In this document: positions 38,501-52,297 of the stretch, in pieces
Numbering within the stretch: position 1 is the first letter of the stretch
Layout: every line of letters starts with the position of its first letter
Assembly (NCBI RefSeq): GCF_964355755.1
Contig: NC_092679.1
Coordinates: 9,702,201 to 9,766,200 of the forward strand
From: Antedon mediterranea
Lineage: Eukaryota; Animalia; Echinodermata
Direction of reading: 5' to 3'
Length of the DNA stretch: 64,000 nt
Notes under the pieces: generated by a model
Database searches by the model: none
Told to the model about the DNA's origin: nothing
Seen by the model: the letters and a program-made list of their open reading frames with translations, nothing else
Made by a program: the position numbers and the translations under genes

Positions 38501-41500
38501 TTTTCAAAAATCACAAAACGGTCTAAAACGTCTCCAAATGCGATTTGAAGCTATTCTGTACACTTTGATGTTTTTATGTTAACAAGTTTTTTCAAAAATC
38601 ACAAAATGGTCTAAAACGTTTCCAAATGCGATTTGAAGCTATTCTGTACACTTTGATGTTTTGTGTGAAAATTTTCTGTCGAAATGCTCAAAATGGTCAA
38701 AAACGTTTTTAAATACGATATTAAGCTACTTTGTTCTCCTTGATGTTTTTGTGTGAAAAGTTTTATCGAAATGCTCAAAATGGTCTAAAACGGTTTCTAA
38801 TGTGATTTCAAGCACTTTGATGTTTTTGTGTAACCAAGTTTTTCGAAAATCACAAAATTGTCTAAAACGTCTCCAAATGCGATTTGAAGCTATTCTGTAC
38901 ACTTTGATGTTTTTATGTTAACAAGTTTTTTCGAAAATCACAAAAGAGTCTAAAATATCTTGAAATGCGATTTGAAGCTATTCTAAGCACTTTGGTGTTT
39001 TTATGTTAACAAGTTTTTTCGAAATCACAAAATGGTCTAAAATGTCTCCAAATGCGATTTGAAGCTAATCTTAGCACATTGGTGTTTTTATGTTAACAAG
39101 TTTTTTCGAAAATCACAAAATGGTCTAAAACGACTCCAAATGCGATTTGAAGCTATTCTGTATACTTTGGTGTTTTTATGTTAACAAGTTTTTTCGAAAA
39201 TCACAAAATGGTCTAAAACGTCTCCAAATGCGATTTGAAGCTATTCTAAGCACTTTGGTGTTTTTATGTTAACAAGTTTTTTCGAAAATCACAAAATGGT
39301 CTAAAACGTCTCCAAATGCGATTTGAAGCTATTCTGTACACTTTGATGTTTTTATGTTAAAAAGTTTTTTCGAAAATCACAAAATGGTCTAAAACGTTTC
39401 CAAATGCGATTTGAAGCTATTCTGTACACTTTGATGTTTTGTGTGAAAATTTTCTGTCGAAATGCTCAAAATGGTCAAAAACGTTTTTAAATACGATATT
39501 AAGCTACTTTGTGCTCTTTGATGTTTTTGTGTGAAATGTTTTATCGAAATGCTCAAAATGGTCTAAAACGGTTTCTAATGTGATTTCAAGCACTTTGATG
39601 TTTTTGTGTAACCAAGTTTTTCGAAAATCACAAAATTGTCTAAAACGTCTCCAAATGCGATTTGAAGCTATTCTGTACACTTTGATGTTTTTATGTTCAC
39701 AAGTTTTTTCGAAAATCACAAAAGAGTCTAAAATATCTCGAAATGCGATTTGAAGCTATTCTAAGCACTTTGGTGTTTTTATGTTAACAAGTTTTTTCGA
39801 AATCACAAAATGGTCTAAAATGTCTCCAAATGCGATTTGAAGCTAATCTTAGCACATTGGTGTTTTTATGTTAACAAGTTCTTTTCGAAAATCACAAAAT
39901 GGTCTAAAACGACTCCAAATGCGATTTGAAGCTATTCTGTATACTTTGGTGTTTTTATGTTAACAAGTTTTTTCGAAAATCACAAAATGGTCTAAAACGT
40001 CTCCAAATGCGATTTGAAGCTATTCTAAGCACTTTGGTGTTTTTATGTTAACAAGTTTTTTCGAAAATCACAAAATGGTCTAAAACGTCTCCAAATGCGA
40101 TTTGAAGCTATTCTGTACACTTTGATGTTTTTATGTTAAAAAGTTTTTTCGAAAATCACAAAATGGTCTAAAACGTTTCCAAATGCGATTTGAAGCTATT
40201 CTGTACACTTTGATGTTTTGTGTGAAAATTTTCTGTCGAAATTCTCAAAATGGTCATAAACGTTTTTAAATACGATATTAAGCTACTTTGTGCTCTTTGA
40301 TGTTTTTGTGTGAAAAGTTTTATCGAAATGCTCAAAATGGTCTAAAACGGTTTCTAATGTGATTTCAAGCACTTTGATGTTTTTGTGTAACCAAGTTTTT
40401 TGAAAATCACAAAATTGTCTAAAACGTTTCCAAATGCGATTTGAAGCTATTCTGTACACTTTGATGTTTTTATGTTAACAAGTTTTTTCGAAAATCACAA
40501 AAGAGTCTAAAATATCTCAAAATGCGATTTGAAGCTATTCTAAGCACTTTGGTGTTTTTATGTTAACAAGTTTTTTCGAAATCACAAAATGGTCTAAAAT
40601 GTCTCCAAATGCGATTTGAAGCTAATCTTAGCACATTGGTGTTTTTATGTTAACAAGTTTTTTCGAAAATCACAAAATGGTCTAAAACGACTCCAAATGC
40701 GATTTGAAGCTATTTTGTATACTTTTGTGTTTTTATGTTAACAAGTTTTTTCGAAAATCACAAAATGGTCTAAAACGTCTCCAAATGCGATTTGAAGCTA
40801 TTCTGTACACTTTGATGTTTTTATGTTAACTAGTTTTTTCGAAAATCACAAAATGGTCTAAAACGTCTACAAATGCGATTTGAAGCTATTCTGTACACTT
40901 TGATGTTTTTATGTTAACAAGTTTTTTCGAAAATCACAAAATGGTCTAAAACGTTTCCAAATGCGATTTGAAGCTATTCTGTACACTTTGATGTTTTGTG
41001 TGAACATTTTCTGTCGAAATGCTCAAAATGGTCAAAAACGTTTTTAAATACGATATTAAGCTACTTTGTGCTCTTTGATGTTTTTGTGTGAAATGTTTTA
41101 TCGAAATGCTCAAAATGGTCTAAAACGGTTTCTAATGTGATTTCAAGCACTTTGATGTTTTTGTATAACCAAGTTTTTCGAAAATCACAAAATTGTCTAA
41201 AACGTCTCCAAATGCGATTTGAAGCTATTCTGTACACTTTGATGTTTTTGGGTTAACAAGTTTTTCGAAAATCACAAAATGGTCTAAAACGTCTCCAAAT
41301 GCGATTTTAAGCTATTTTAAGCACTTTGGTGTTTTTATGTTAACAAGTTTTTCGAAAATCACAAAATTGTCTAAAACGTCTCCAAATGCGATTTTAAGCT
41401 ATTCTGTACACTTTGATGTTTTTATGTTAACAAGTTTTTCGAAAATCACAAAATGGTCTAAAACGTCTCCAAATGCGATTTTAAGCTATTCTAAGCACTT

Positions 41501-44500
41501 TGGTGTTTTTATGTTAACAAGTTTTTTTGAAAATCACAAAATGGTCTAAAACGTCTCTAAATGCGATTTGAAGCTTTTCTGTACACTTTGATGTTTTTAA
41601 GTTAACAACTTTTTTCGAAAATCACAAAATGGTCTAAAATGTCTCCAAAATGCGATTTGAAGCTATTCTAAGCACTTTGGTGTTTTTATGGAAACAATTT
41701 TTTTCGAAAATCACAAAATGGTCTAAAACGTCTCCAATAGCGATTTGAAGCTTTTCTGTACACTTTGGTGTTTTTATGTTAACAAGTTTTTTCGAAAATC
41801 ACAAAATGGTCTAAAACGTCTAGAAATGCGATTTGAAGCTATTCTGTACACTTTGATGTTTTTATGTTAAGTTTTTTCGAAAATCACAAAATGGTCTAAA
41901 ACTTTTCCAAATGCGATTTGAAGCTATTCTGTACACTTTGATGTTTTGTGTGAAAATTTTCTGTCGAAATGCTCAAAATGGTCAAAAACGTTTTTAAATA
42001 CGATATTAAGCTACTTTGTGCTCTTTGATGTTTTTGTCTGAAATGTTTTATCGAAATGCTCAAAATGGTCTAAAACGGTTTCTAATGTGATTTCAAGCAC
42101 TTTGATGTTTTTGTGTAACCAAGTTTTTCGAAAAACACAAAATTGTCTAAAACGTCTCCAAATGCGATTTGAAGCTATTTTAAGCACTTTGATGTTTTTA
42201 TGTTAACAAGTTTTTCGAAAATCACAAAATGGTCTAAAACGTCTCCAAATGCGATTTGAAGCTATTCTAAGCACTTTGGTGTTTTTACGTTAACAAGTTT
42301 TTTCGAAAATCACAAAATGGTCTAAAACGTCTCCAAATGCGATTTGAAGCTATTCTGTACACTTTGATGTTTTTATGTTAACAAGTTTTTTCGAAAATCA
42401 CAAAATGGTCTAAAACATCTACAAATGCGATTTGAAGCTATTCTGTACACTTTGATGTTTTTATGTTAACAAGTTTTTTCGAAAATCACAAAATGGTCTA
42501 AAACGTTTCCAAATGCGATTTGAAGCTATTCTGTACACTTTGATGTTTTGTGTGAAAATTTTCTGTCGAAATGCTCAAAATGGTCAAAAACGTTTTTAAA
42601 TACAATATTAAGCTACTTTGTGCTCTTTGATGTTTTTGTGTGAAATGTTTTATCGAAATGCTCAAAATGGTCTAAAACGGTTTCTAATGTGATTTCAAGC
42701 ACTTTGATGTTTTTGTGTAACCAAGTTTTTCGAAAATCACAAAATTGTCTAAAACGTCTCCAAATGCGATTTGAAGCTATTCTGTACACTTTGGTGTTTT
42801 TATGTTAACAAGTTTTTTCGAAAATCACAAAATGGTCTAAAACGTCTCCAAATGCGATTTAAAGCTATTTTAAGCACTTTTGTGTTTTTGTGTAACCAAG
42901 TTTTTTCGAAAATCACAAAAGGGTCTAAAATGTATGTAAATGCGATTTGAAGCTATTTAAAGAACTTTGGTGTTTTTAGGTTAACAAGTTTTTTCGAAAA
43001 TCACAAAATGGTCTAAAACGTCTACAAATGCGATTTGAAGCTATTCTAAGCACTTTTGTGTTTTTATGTTAACAAGTTTTTTCGAAAATCACAAAATGGT
43101 CTAAAACGTCTCTAAATGCGATTTGAAGCTTTTCTGTACACTTTGATGTTTTTATGTTAACAACTTTTTTCGAAAATCACAAAATGGTCTAAAATGTCTC
43201 CAAATGCGATTTGAAGCTATTCTAAGCACTTTGGTGTTTTTATGGAAACAATTTTTTTCGAAAATCACAAAATGGTCTAAAACGTCTCCAATAGCGATTT
43301 GAAGCTTTTCTGTACACTTTGGTGTTTTTATGTTAACAAGTTTTTTCGAAAATCACAAAATGGTCTAAAACGTCTCCAAATGCGATTTGAAGCTATTCTG
43401 TACACTTTGATGTTTTTATGTTAACAAGTTTTTTCGAAAATCACAAAATGGTCTAAAACGTCTACAAATGCGATTTGAAGCTATTCTAAGCACTTTTGTG
43501 TTTTTATGTTAACAAGTTTTTTCGAAAATCACAAAATGGTCTAAAACGTCTCCAAATGCGATTTGAAGCTATTCTGTACACTTTGATGTTTTTATGTTAA
43601 CAAGTTTTTTCGAAAATCACAAAAGAGTCTAAAATATCTCGAAATGCGATTTGAAGCTATTCTAAGCACTTTGGTGTTTTTATGTTAACAAGTTTTTTCG
43701 AAATCACAAAATGGTCTAAAATGTCTCCAAATGCGATTTGAAGCTAATCTTAGCACATTGGTGTTTTTATGTTAACAAGTTTTTTCGAAAATCACAAAAT
43801 GGTCTAAAACGACTCCAAATGCGATTTGAAGCTATTCTGTATACTTTGGTGTTTTTATGTTAACAAGTTTTTTCGAAAATCACAAAATGGTCTAAAACGT
43901 CTCCAAATGCGATTTGAAGCTATTCTAAGCACTTTGGTGTTTTTATGTTAACAAGTTTTTTCGAAAATCACAAAATGGTCTAAAACGTCTCCAAATGCGA
44001 TTTGAAGCTATTCTGTACACTTTGATGTTTTTATGTTAACAAGTTTTTTCGAAAATCACAAAATGGTCTAAAACGTTTCCAAATGCGATTTGAAGCTATT
44101 CTGTACACTTTGATGTTTTGTGTGAAAATTTTCTGTCGAAATGCTCAAAATGGTCAAAAACGTTTTTAAATACGATATTAAGCTACTTTGTGCTTTTTGA
44201 TGTTTTTGTGTGAAATGTTTTATCGAAATGCTCAAAATGGTCTAAAACGGTTTCTAATGTGATTTCAAGCACTTTGATATTTTTGTGTAACCAAGTTTTT
44301 CGAAAATCACAAAATTGTCTAAAACGTCTCCAAATACGATTTGAAGCTATTCTGTACACTTTGATGTTTTTATGTTAACAAGTTTTTTGAAAATCACAAA
44401 ATGGTCTAAAACGTCTCCAAATGCAATTTTAAGCTATTCTAAGCACTTTGGTGTTTTTATGTTAACAAGTTTTTTTGAAAATCACAAAATGGTCTAAAAC

Positions 44501-47500
44501 GTCTCTAAATGCGATTTGAAGCTTTTCTGTACACTTTGGTGTTTTTATGTTAACAACTTTTTTCGAAAATCACAAAATGGTCTAAAATGTCTCCAAATGC
44601 GATTTGAAGCTATTCTAAGCACTTTGGTGTTTTTATGGAAACAATTTTTTTTCGAAAATCACAAAATGGTCTAAAACGTCTCCAATAGCGATTTGAAGCT
44701 TTTCTGTACACTTTGGTGTTTTTATGTTAACAAGTTTTTCGAAAATCACAAAATGGTCTAAAACGTCTCCAAATGCGATTTGAAGCTATTCTGTACACTT
44801 TGATGTTTTTATGTTAACAAGTTTTTTCGAAAATCACAAAATGGTCTAAAACGTTTCCAAATGCGATTTGAAGCTATTCTGTACACTTTGATGTTTTGTG
44901 TGAAAATTTTCTGTCGAAATGCTCAAAATGGTCAAAAACGTTTTTAAATACGATATTAAGCTACTTTGTGCTCTTTGATGTTTTTGTGTGAAATGTTTTA
45001 TCGAAATGCTCAAAATGGTCTAAAACGGTTTCTAATGTGATTTCAAGCACTTTGATATTTTTGTGTAACCAAGTTTTTCGAAAATCACAAAATTGTCTAA
45101 AACGTCTCCAAATACGATTTGAAGCTATTCTGTACACTTTGATGTTTTTATGTTAACAAGTTTTTTGAAAATCACAAAATGGTCTAAAACGTCTCCAAAT
45201 GCAATTTTAAGCTATTCTAAGCACTTTGGTGTTTTTATGTTAACAAGTTTTTTTGAAAATCACAAAATGGTCTAAAACGTCTCTAAATGCGATTTGAAGC
45301 TTTTCTGTACACTTTGGTGTTTTTATGTTAACAACTTTTTTCGAAAATCACAAAATGGTCTAAAATGTCTCCAAATGCGATTTGAAGCTATTCTAAGCAC
45401 TTTGGTGTTTTTATGGAAACAATTTTTTTCGAAAATCACAAAATGGTCTAAAACGTCTCCAATAGCGATTTGAAGCTTTTCTTTACACTTTGGTGTTTTT
45501 ATGTTAACAAGTTTTTTCGAAAATCACAAAATGGTCTAAAACGTCTCCAAATGCAATTTTAAGCTATTCTAAGCACTTTGGTGTTTTTATGTTAACAAGT
45601 TTTTTTGAAAATCACAAAATGGTCTAAAACGTCTCTAAATGCGATTTGAAGCTTTTCTGTACACTTTGATGTTTTTATGTTAACAACTTTTTTCGAAAAT
45701 CACAAAATGGTCTAAAATGTCTCCAAATGCGATTTGAAGCTATTCTAAGCACTTTGGTGTTTTTATGGAAACAATTTTTTTCAAAAATCACAAAATGGTC
45801 TAAAACGTCTCCAATAGCGATTTGAAGCTTTTCTGTACACTTTGGTGTTTTTATGTTAACAAGTTTTTTCGAAAATCACAAAATGGTCTAAAACGTCTCC
45901 AAATGCGATTTGAAGCTATTCTGTACACTTTGATGTTTTTATGTTAACTAGTTTTTTCGAAAATCACAAAATGGTCTAAAACGTCTACAAATGCGATTTG
46001 AAGCTATTCTGTACACTTTGATGTTTTTATGTTAACAAGTTTTTTCGAAAATCACAAAATGGTCTAAAATGTTTCCAAATGCGATTTGAAGCTATTCTGT
46101 ACACTTTGATGTTTTGTTTTAAAATTTTCTGTCGAAATGCTCAAAATGGTCAAAAACGTTTTTAAATACGATATTAAGCTACTTTGTGCTCTTTGATGTT
46201 TTTGTGTGAAATGTTTTATCGAAATGCTCAAAATGGTCTAAAACGGTTTCTAATGTGATTTCAAGCACTTTGATGTTTTTGTATAACCAAGTTTTTCGAA
46301 AATCACAAAATTGTCTAAAACGTCTCCAAATGCGATTTTAAGCTATTCTAAGCACTTTGGTGTTTTTATGTTAACAAGTTTTTCGAAAATCACAAAATTG
46401 TCTAAAACGTCTCCAAATGCGATTTGAAGCTATTCTGTACACTTTGATGTTTTTATGTTAACAAGTTTTTCGAAAATCACAAAATGGTCTAAAACGTCTC
46501 CAAATGCGATTTTAAGCTATTCTAAGCACTTTGGTGTTTTTATGTTAACAAGTTTTTTTGAAAATCACAAAATGGTCTAAAACGTCTCTAAATGCGATTT
46601 GAAGCTTTTCTGTACACTTTGATGTTTTTATGTTAACAAGTTTTTCGAAAATCACAAAATTGTCTAAAACGTCTCCAAATGCGATTTGAAGCTATTCTGT
46701 ACACTTTGATGTTTTTATGTTAACAAGTTTTTCGAAAATCAAAAAATGGTCTAAAACTTCTCCAAATGCGATTTTAAGCTATTCTAAGCACTTTGGTGTT
46801 TTTATGTGAACAACTTTTTTCGAAAATCACAAAATGGTCTAAAATGTCTCCAAAATGCGATTTGAAGCTATTCTAAGCACTTTGGTGTTTTTATGGAAAC
46901 AATTTTTTTCAAAAATCACAAAATGGTCTAAAACGTCTCCAATAGCGATTTGAAGCTTTTCTGTACACTTTGGTGTTTTTATGTTAACAAGTTTTTTCGA
47001 AAATCACAAAATGGTCTAAAACGTCTCCAAATGCGATTTGAAGCTATTCTGTACACTTTGATGTTTTTATGTTAACTAGTTTTTTCGAAAATCACAAAAT
47101 GGTCTAAAACGTCTACAAATGCGATTTGAAGCTATTCTGTACACTTTGATGTTTTTATGTTAACAAGTTTTTTCGAAAATCACAAAATGGTCTAAAATGT
47201 TTCCAAATGCGATTTGAAGCTATTCTGTACACTTTGATGTTTTGTTTGAAAATTTTCTGTCGAAATGCTCAAAATGGTCAAAAACGTTTTTAAATACGAT
47301 ATTAAGCTACTTTGTGCTCTTTGATGTTTTTGTGTGAAATGTTTTATCGAAATGCTCAAAATGGTCTAAAACGGTTTCTAATGTGATTTCAAGCACTTTG
47401 ATGTTTTTGTATAACCAAGTTTTTCGAAAATCACAAAATTGTCTAAAACGTCTCCAAATGCGATTTTAAGCTATTCTAAGCACTTTGGTGTTTTTATGTT

Positions 47501-49042
47501 AACAAGTTTTTCGAAAATCACAAAATTGTCTAAAACGTCTCCAAATGCGATTTGAAGCTATTCTGTACACTTTGATGTTTTTATGTTAACAAGTTTTTCG
47601 AAAATCACAAAATGGTCTAAAACGTCTCCAAATGCGATTTTAAGCTATTCTAAGCACTTTGGTGTTTTTATGTTAACAAGTTTTTTTGAAAATCACAAAA
47701 TGGTCTAAAACGTCTCTAAATGCGATTTGAAGCTTTTCTGTACACTTTGATGTTTTTATGTTAACAACTTTTTTCGAAAATCACAAAATGGTCTAAAATG
47801 TCTCCAAAATGCGATTTGAAGCTATTCTAAGCACTTTGGTGTTTTTATGGAAACAATTTTTTTCAAAAATCACAAAATGGTCTAAAACGTCTCCAATAGC
47901 GATTTGAAGCTTTTCTGTACACTTTGGTGTTTTTATGTTAACAAGTTTTTTCGAAAATCACAAAATGGTCTAAAACGTCTCCAAATGCGATTTGAAGCTA
48001 TTCTGTACACTTTGATGTTTTTATGTTAACTAGTTTTTTCGAAAATCACAAAATGGTCTAAAACGTCTACAAATGCGATTTGAAGCTATTCTGTACACTT
48101 TGATGTTTTTATGTTAACAAGTTTTTTCGAAAATCACAAAATGGTCTAAAATGTTTCCAAATGCGATTTGAAGCTATTCTGTACACTTTGATGTTTTGTT
48201 TGAAAATTTTCTGTCGAAATGCTCAAAATGGTCAAAAACGTTTTTAAATACGATATTAAGCTACTTTGTGCTCTTTGATGTTTTTGTGTGAAATGTTTTA
48301 TCGAAATGCTCAAAATGGTCTAAAACGGTTTCTAATGTGATTTCAAGCACTTTGATGTTTTTGTATAACCAAGTTTTTCGAAAATCACAAAATTGTCTAA
48401 AACGTCTCCAAATGCGATTTTAAGCTATTCTAAGCACTTTGGTGTTTTTATGTTAACAAGTTTTTCGAAAATCACAAAATTGTCTAAAACGTCTCCAAAT
48501 GCGATTTGAAGCTATTCTGTACACTTTGATGTTTTTATGTTAACAAGTTTTTCGAAAATCACAAAATGGTCTAAAACGTCTCCAAATGCGATTTGAAGCT
48601 AATCTTAGCACATTGGTGTTTTTATGTTAACAAGTTTTTTCGAAAATCACAAAATGGTCTAAAACGACTCCAAATGCGATTTGAAGCTATTCTGTATACT
48701 TTGGTGTTTTTTTGTTAACAAGTTTTTTCGAAAATCACAAAATGGTCTAAAACGTCTCCAAATGCGATTTGAAGCTATTCTGTACACTTTGGTGTTTTTA
48801 TGTTAACAAGTTTTTTCGAAAATCACAAAATGGTCTAAAACGTCTAGAAATGCGATTTGAAGCTTTTCTGTACACTTTGATGTTTTTATGTTAAGTTTTT
48901 TCGAAAATCACAAAATGGTCTAAAACGTTTCCAAATGCGATTTGAAGCTATTCTGTACACTTTGATGTTTTTATGTTAACAAGTTTTTTCAAAAATCACA
49001 AAATGGTCTAAAACGTTTCCAAATGCGATTTGAAGCTATTCT
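29519..49042. repeat. 88-bp satellite array, block 4
   Basis: Uninterrupted 19.5 kb of monomers in one orientation, with local 9-mer and 11-mer repeats. Confidence 0.98.
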
Positions 49043-49538
49043 CGTTACAAGTAGAGTCACCAGTGAAAGTGGAAAAAAGGATTAAGTACGCTCGAGGTCA
49101 TACAGCTTCCTGTATGGGGAAATGATAAATAACAAATGTTTGGCTGATTATATTTTCCGTATTATTTTAATTGATATTATGAATATTCTATATTCTAATT
49201 TGAATATATTTAATCAAAAGAATCATTACATACTTTTTTGCGAAAAAATCCACCCAGTACTTAAAAAGTTACTCTGTATCGCAGTATTTTTCTAAATTTA
49301 ATTTTAGCTATTCCAATAATCACACTAACCCCCTGCTTATCTTTCTGTGTTTCCCAATAGTATTTCCTGTTTACAGAATAAAATATTCTGTTATACCATG
49401 GAGAAATAACAATACGGATAGTTATTTATCCATGGCACAATTCAGTAAATAATAAAATTTAAAAAATTAATACCTAATATATAACAACAATAAAAATGAA
49501 AAGAAATTAAAATTATTTCCACTGAATATCAATTTTAT

Positions 49539-50153
49539 TTACCAACAGCAGCAACATCACAAATTACTAGAACTAATACAACTGTTTGAATAAGTAATAC
49601 AACTTGACACATTACAATTATGCAAGGAGTATTGCCCCCATAGACACACTGAAATTAACACATCATGTGATTGTAAATATCAGGATAAAAATACACAATA
49701 ATTAAACATTTTTTTTACAATTCAACAAAATATTCCGTTAATAAATATATAATGACAGTTATACAGAAATTAATACTACTGTAGTAATTGATTTATAATC
49801 AACAACTTCTGCTTGGACTGTAGAAGTGGTGTCAACTCTCTTATAAAGACTTTGATTAGCAAGTTACCAACAGTAGCAACATCACAAATTACTAAAACTA
49901 ATACAACTGTTTGAATAAGTAATACAACTTGATGTTACACATTAAAATTATGCAAGGAGTAAAGCGTATTGCCCCCATAGACACACTGAAATTAACTCAT
50001 CATGTGATTGTAAATATCAGGATAAAAATACACAATAATTAAACATTTTTTTTACAATTCAACGAAATATTCCGTTAATAAATATATAATTACAGTTATA
50101 CAGAAATTAATACTACTGTAGTAATTGATTTATAAATCAACAACTTCTGCTTG
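49539..50153. repeat. Internal direct duplication, two ~280-bp units
   Basis: TACCAACAG.AGCAACATCACAAATTACT...CAACAACTTCTGCTTG at ~49539-49814 and ~49865-50153. Confidence 0.9.
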
Positions 50154-50570
50154 TAAATTGTGATTGTTATCAATGAGTAATTGTGAACTAAGATAGATAG
50201 GGCATAATGACAATGTATGAGATGTTTTGCAAGCACAAATCTTTTGAATGCCTAATGAAAACAGTTTCCTCTCGTCATCAGTAATAGAGATATAATCCAA
50301 TATTTCTTCAAACGACGTATTGATACTTCCTTTCGGGTAGAAACTTCTATTTTAACTGATCAGCCAATTCCACACAGGCTCACAAACTTCTTTCAGAACA
50401 GCATATTGACAGTTTAGATTTCGATTCACACAAGTTTTATACACAAGATCCAAAAATGGGTTTCTTTGAATTGTAACAAGTTTATGAAACAAACAGAAAA
50501 ATGCCAATTCTAAAAAGCTATCAACTGCACATGAATTTCTAAAATTGAGAAAATGAGTAAACATCACCAT
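50130..50570 (-). pseudogene. Decayed reading frame with a Cys-protease (USP/C19-like) Cys-box resemblance
   Basis: FLNFRNSCAVDSFLEL...EPVWNWLIS*NRSFYPKGSINTSFEEIL...KICACKTSH; the frame stays open for ~73 codons after a single TAA. Confidence 0.4.
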
Positions 50571-50770
50571 TTTGGAAACACAGGCCTGTTCAGTATGTCT
50601 GCAATTCAGTCATAACCTCACAACTTCTAATTCACTATAATAAAAGATAAAAAATCACAAACAATTATTTTATTTCACACCTGTTTGCAACTGGCTATTA
50701 CAGTATATAATAATAATTACTAACTATAGTACTGTATATAACTTGTAATAATTAAAATATCAAGTACTTA

Positions 50771-51786
50771 TAACTTTAATTCATTTCCTACATTGATTCA
50801 ACCAAGAAAAACAGCGCTGCAGTACATATATGATAAATATTTAACATTCAAACATTATAACATTTTTTTTGCTGATTGCAGCCAAGACACTTTAAAACTG
50901 GTAACCTTTTGTTTTAATTTTAAATTTAACAAATGTACCAAATCTTTTTATCATTACTGTTGATTTTGTCTTCAAGTGAGATAGAATGCTGTTTAAATTG
51001 CATTGTTTAATGACTTTTTAAAATTTGGTAATCAGACATTAACCACTCAGAACAATCACTAATCAAACACAAAAGAATTTGATTTCTTTTGTGCAATACA
51101 AAAGAATTGTTGTGTTTGGTGCCAGTAAAAAAAATAAATAAATTACATACTTAGTTAAAGACCCATTCCCTACAATTTTTGACGTTTTATAATGCATATA
51201 TTACTTTAAAAACATTAAACCAGGTCATTCCTTGTCGTAATGTAACAAACAAAAAACATACAACAAAAATTAATTAAAATACTAGTACTACTAGTAACTT
51301 TAATTCATTTCCTACATTGATTCAACCAAGAAAAACAGCAGTACATAAATATTTAATATTGATTGATTGATTGAAATTTATATTTATACTGGGTAACCTC
51401 TTCAGTCAAAGACTGGTCTCCCAGACGGCCCAGTTGATGATCAGTGGCTGTGATGTACTAATACCCCCTACTTGTCTCGAAAGATGTACTAGGTTCTTTA
51501 AAGTGCACACGAGCTAGATGTGTACACTGGACCTACGGTTTATAGGCCTTATCCGAGAAGACTCGTTCTACCACCAGGAACATGGAGTGAGTGCGCCTCG
51601 AACCCTGCCGATGTTATGGCTACGTAATTACGGTTCCACTGTCTTAACCGCTCGGCCACTCACTCCAAATATTCAAACATTATACCATTTTTTTTTGCTG
51701 ATTGCAGCCAAGACACTTTAAAACTGGTAACTTTTTGTTTTAATATTAAATTTAACAAATGCACCAAATATTTTTATTATTACTGT
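50771..51786. repeat. Internal ~190-bp duplication; second copy split by the SINE
   Basis: TAACTTTAATTCATTTCCTACATTG...CCAAGACACTTTAAAACTGGTAAC...ATTACTGT at ~50771-50960 and at ~51295-51360 plus 51668-51786. Confidence 0.85.
51361..51667 (-). mobile_element. tRNA-derived SINE with Deu/Nin-like central domain
   Basis: Minus strand: A box TGGCCGAGCGG, B box GGTTCGAGGC, GGAGTGAGT/ACTCACTCC stem, central TAAACCGTAGGTCC..GCACTTTAAAGAACC..TTCGAGACAAGTAGGGG, (TCAA)n tail. TSD AATATT at 51355-51360 and 51668-51673. Confidence 0.88.
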
Positions 51787-52297
51787 ACATTTAAATAATT
51801 ACTTTGATTTTGTTTTCTTATTATAGCAGGCCGCTAATATTATTAGAATCAACTTATTTTTCACATTTTTAACCGTAAAGACAAAAATAGTTATCGCAAT
51901 AGGACCATAAATAGTATTTGTTTTTACATTAAATGTCGTTTTTGCTCTTAAATTAGATCTAAAAAACGTAGGGCATGGGTGGGACTTTAAAAGGAACTGA
52001 AAATGGTTCAGAAGGCTCTATGCTGTAACTATTTCAATAAAATATATTTTGCTATAGTATCAAAGACAGCACCATACTAAAATAATAACACTAACATTTT
52101 TAAAGATTTCCAAACCATTTGAATTGATTTTCCTCACAGAACTGTATGCCGGAATGTATCCTATTACCATGCCTATATGGTTTATGTCAAAATGGATCAT
52201 GCAAATCATAAAAAAGTGAACATCTATAAACATACAGTATCTAACTAAAAAATTGTAGGATTTGTTTATTTAAAAAAATTATAGGTAATTGATATAA

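Noticed and set aside
29519-49042. CENP-B box in the monomer
   Set aside because: TTCG is present but the required NNNNANNCGGG is absent
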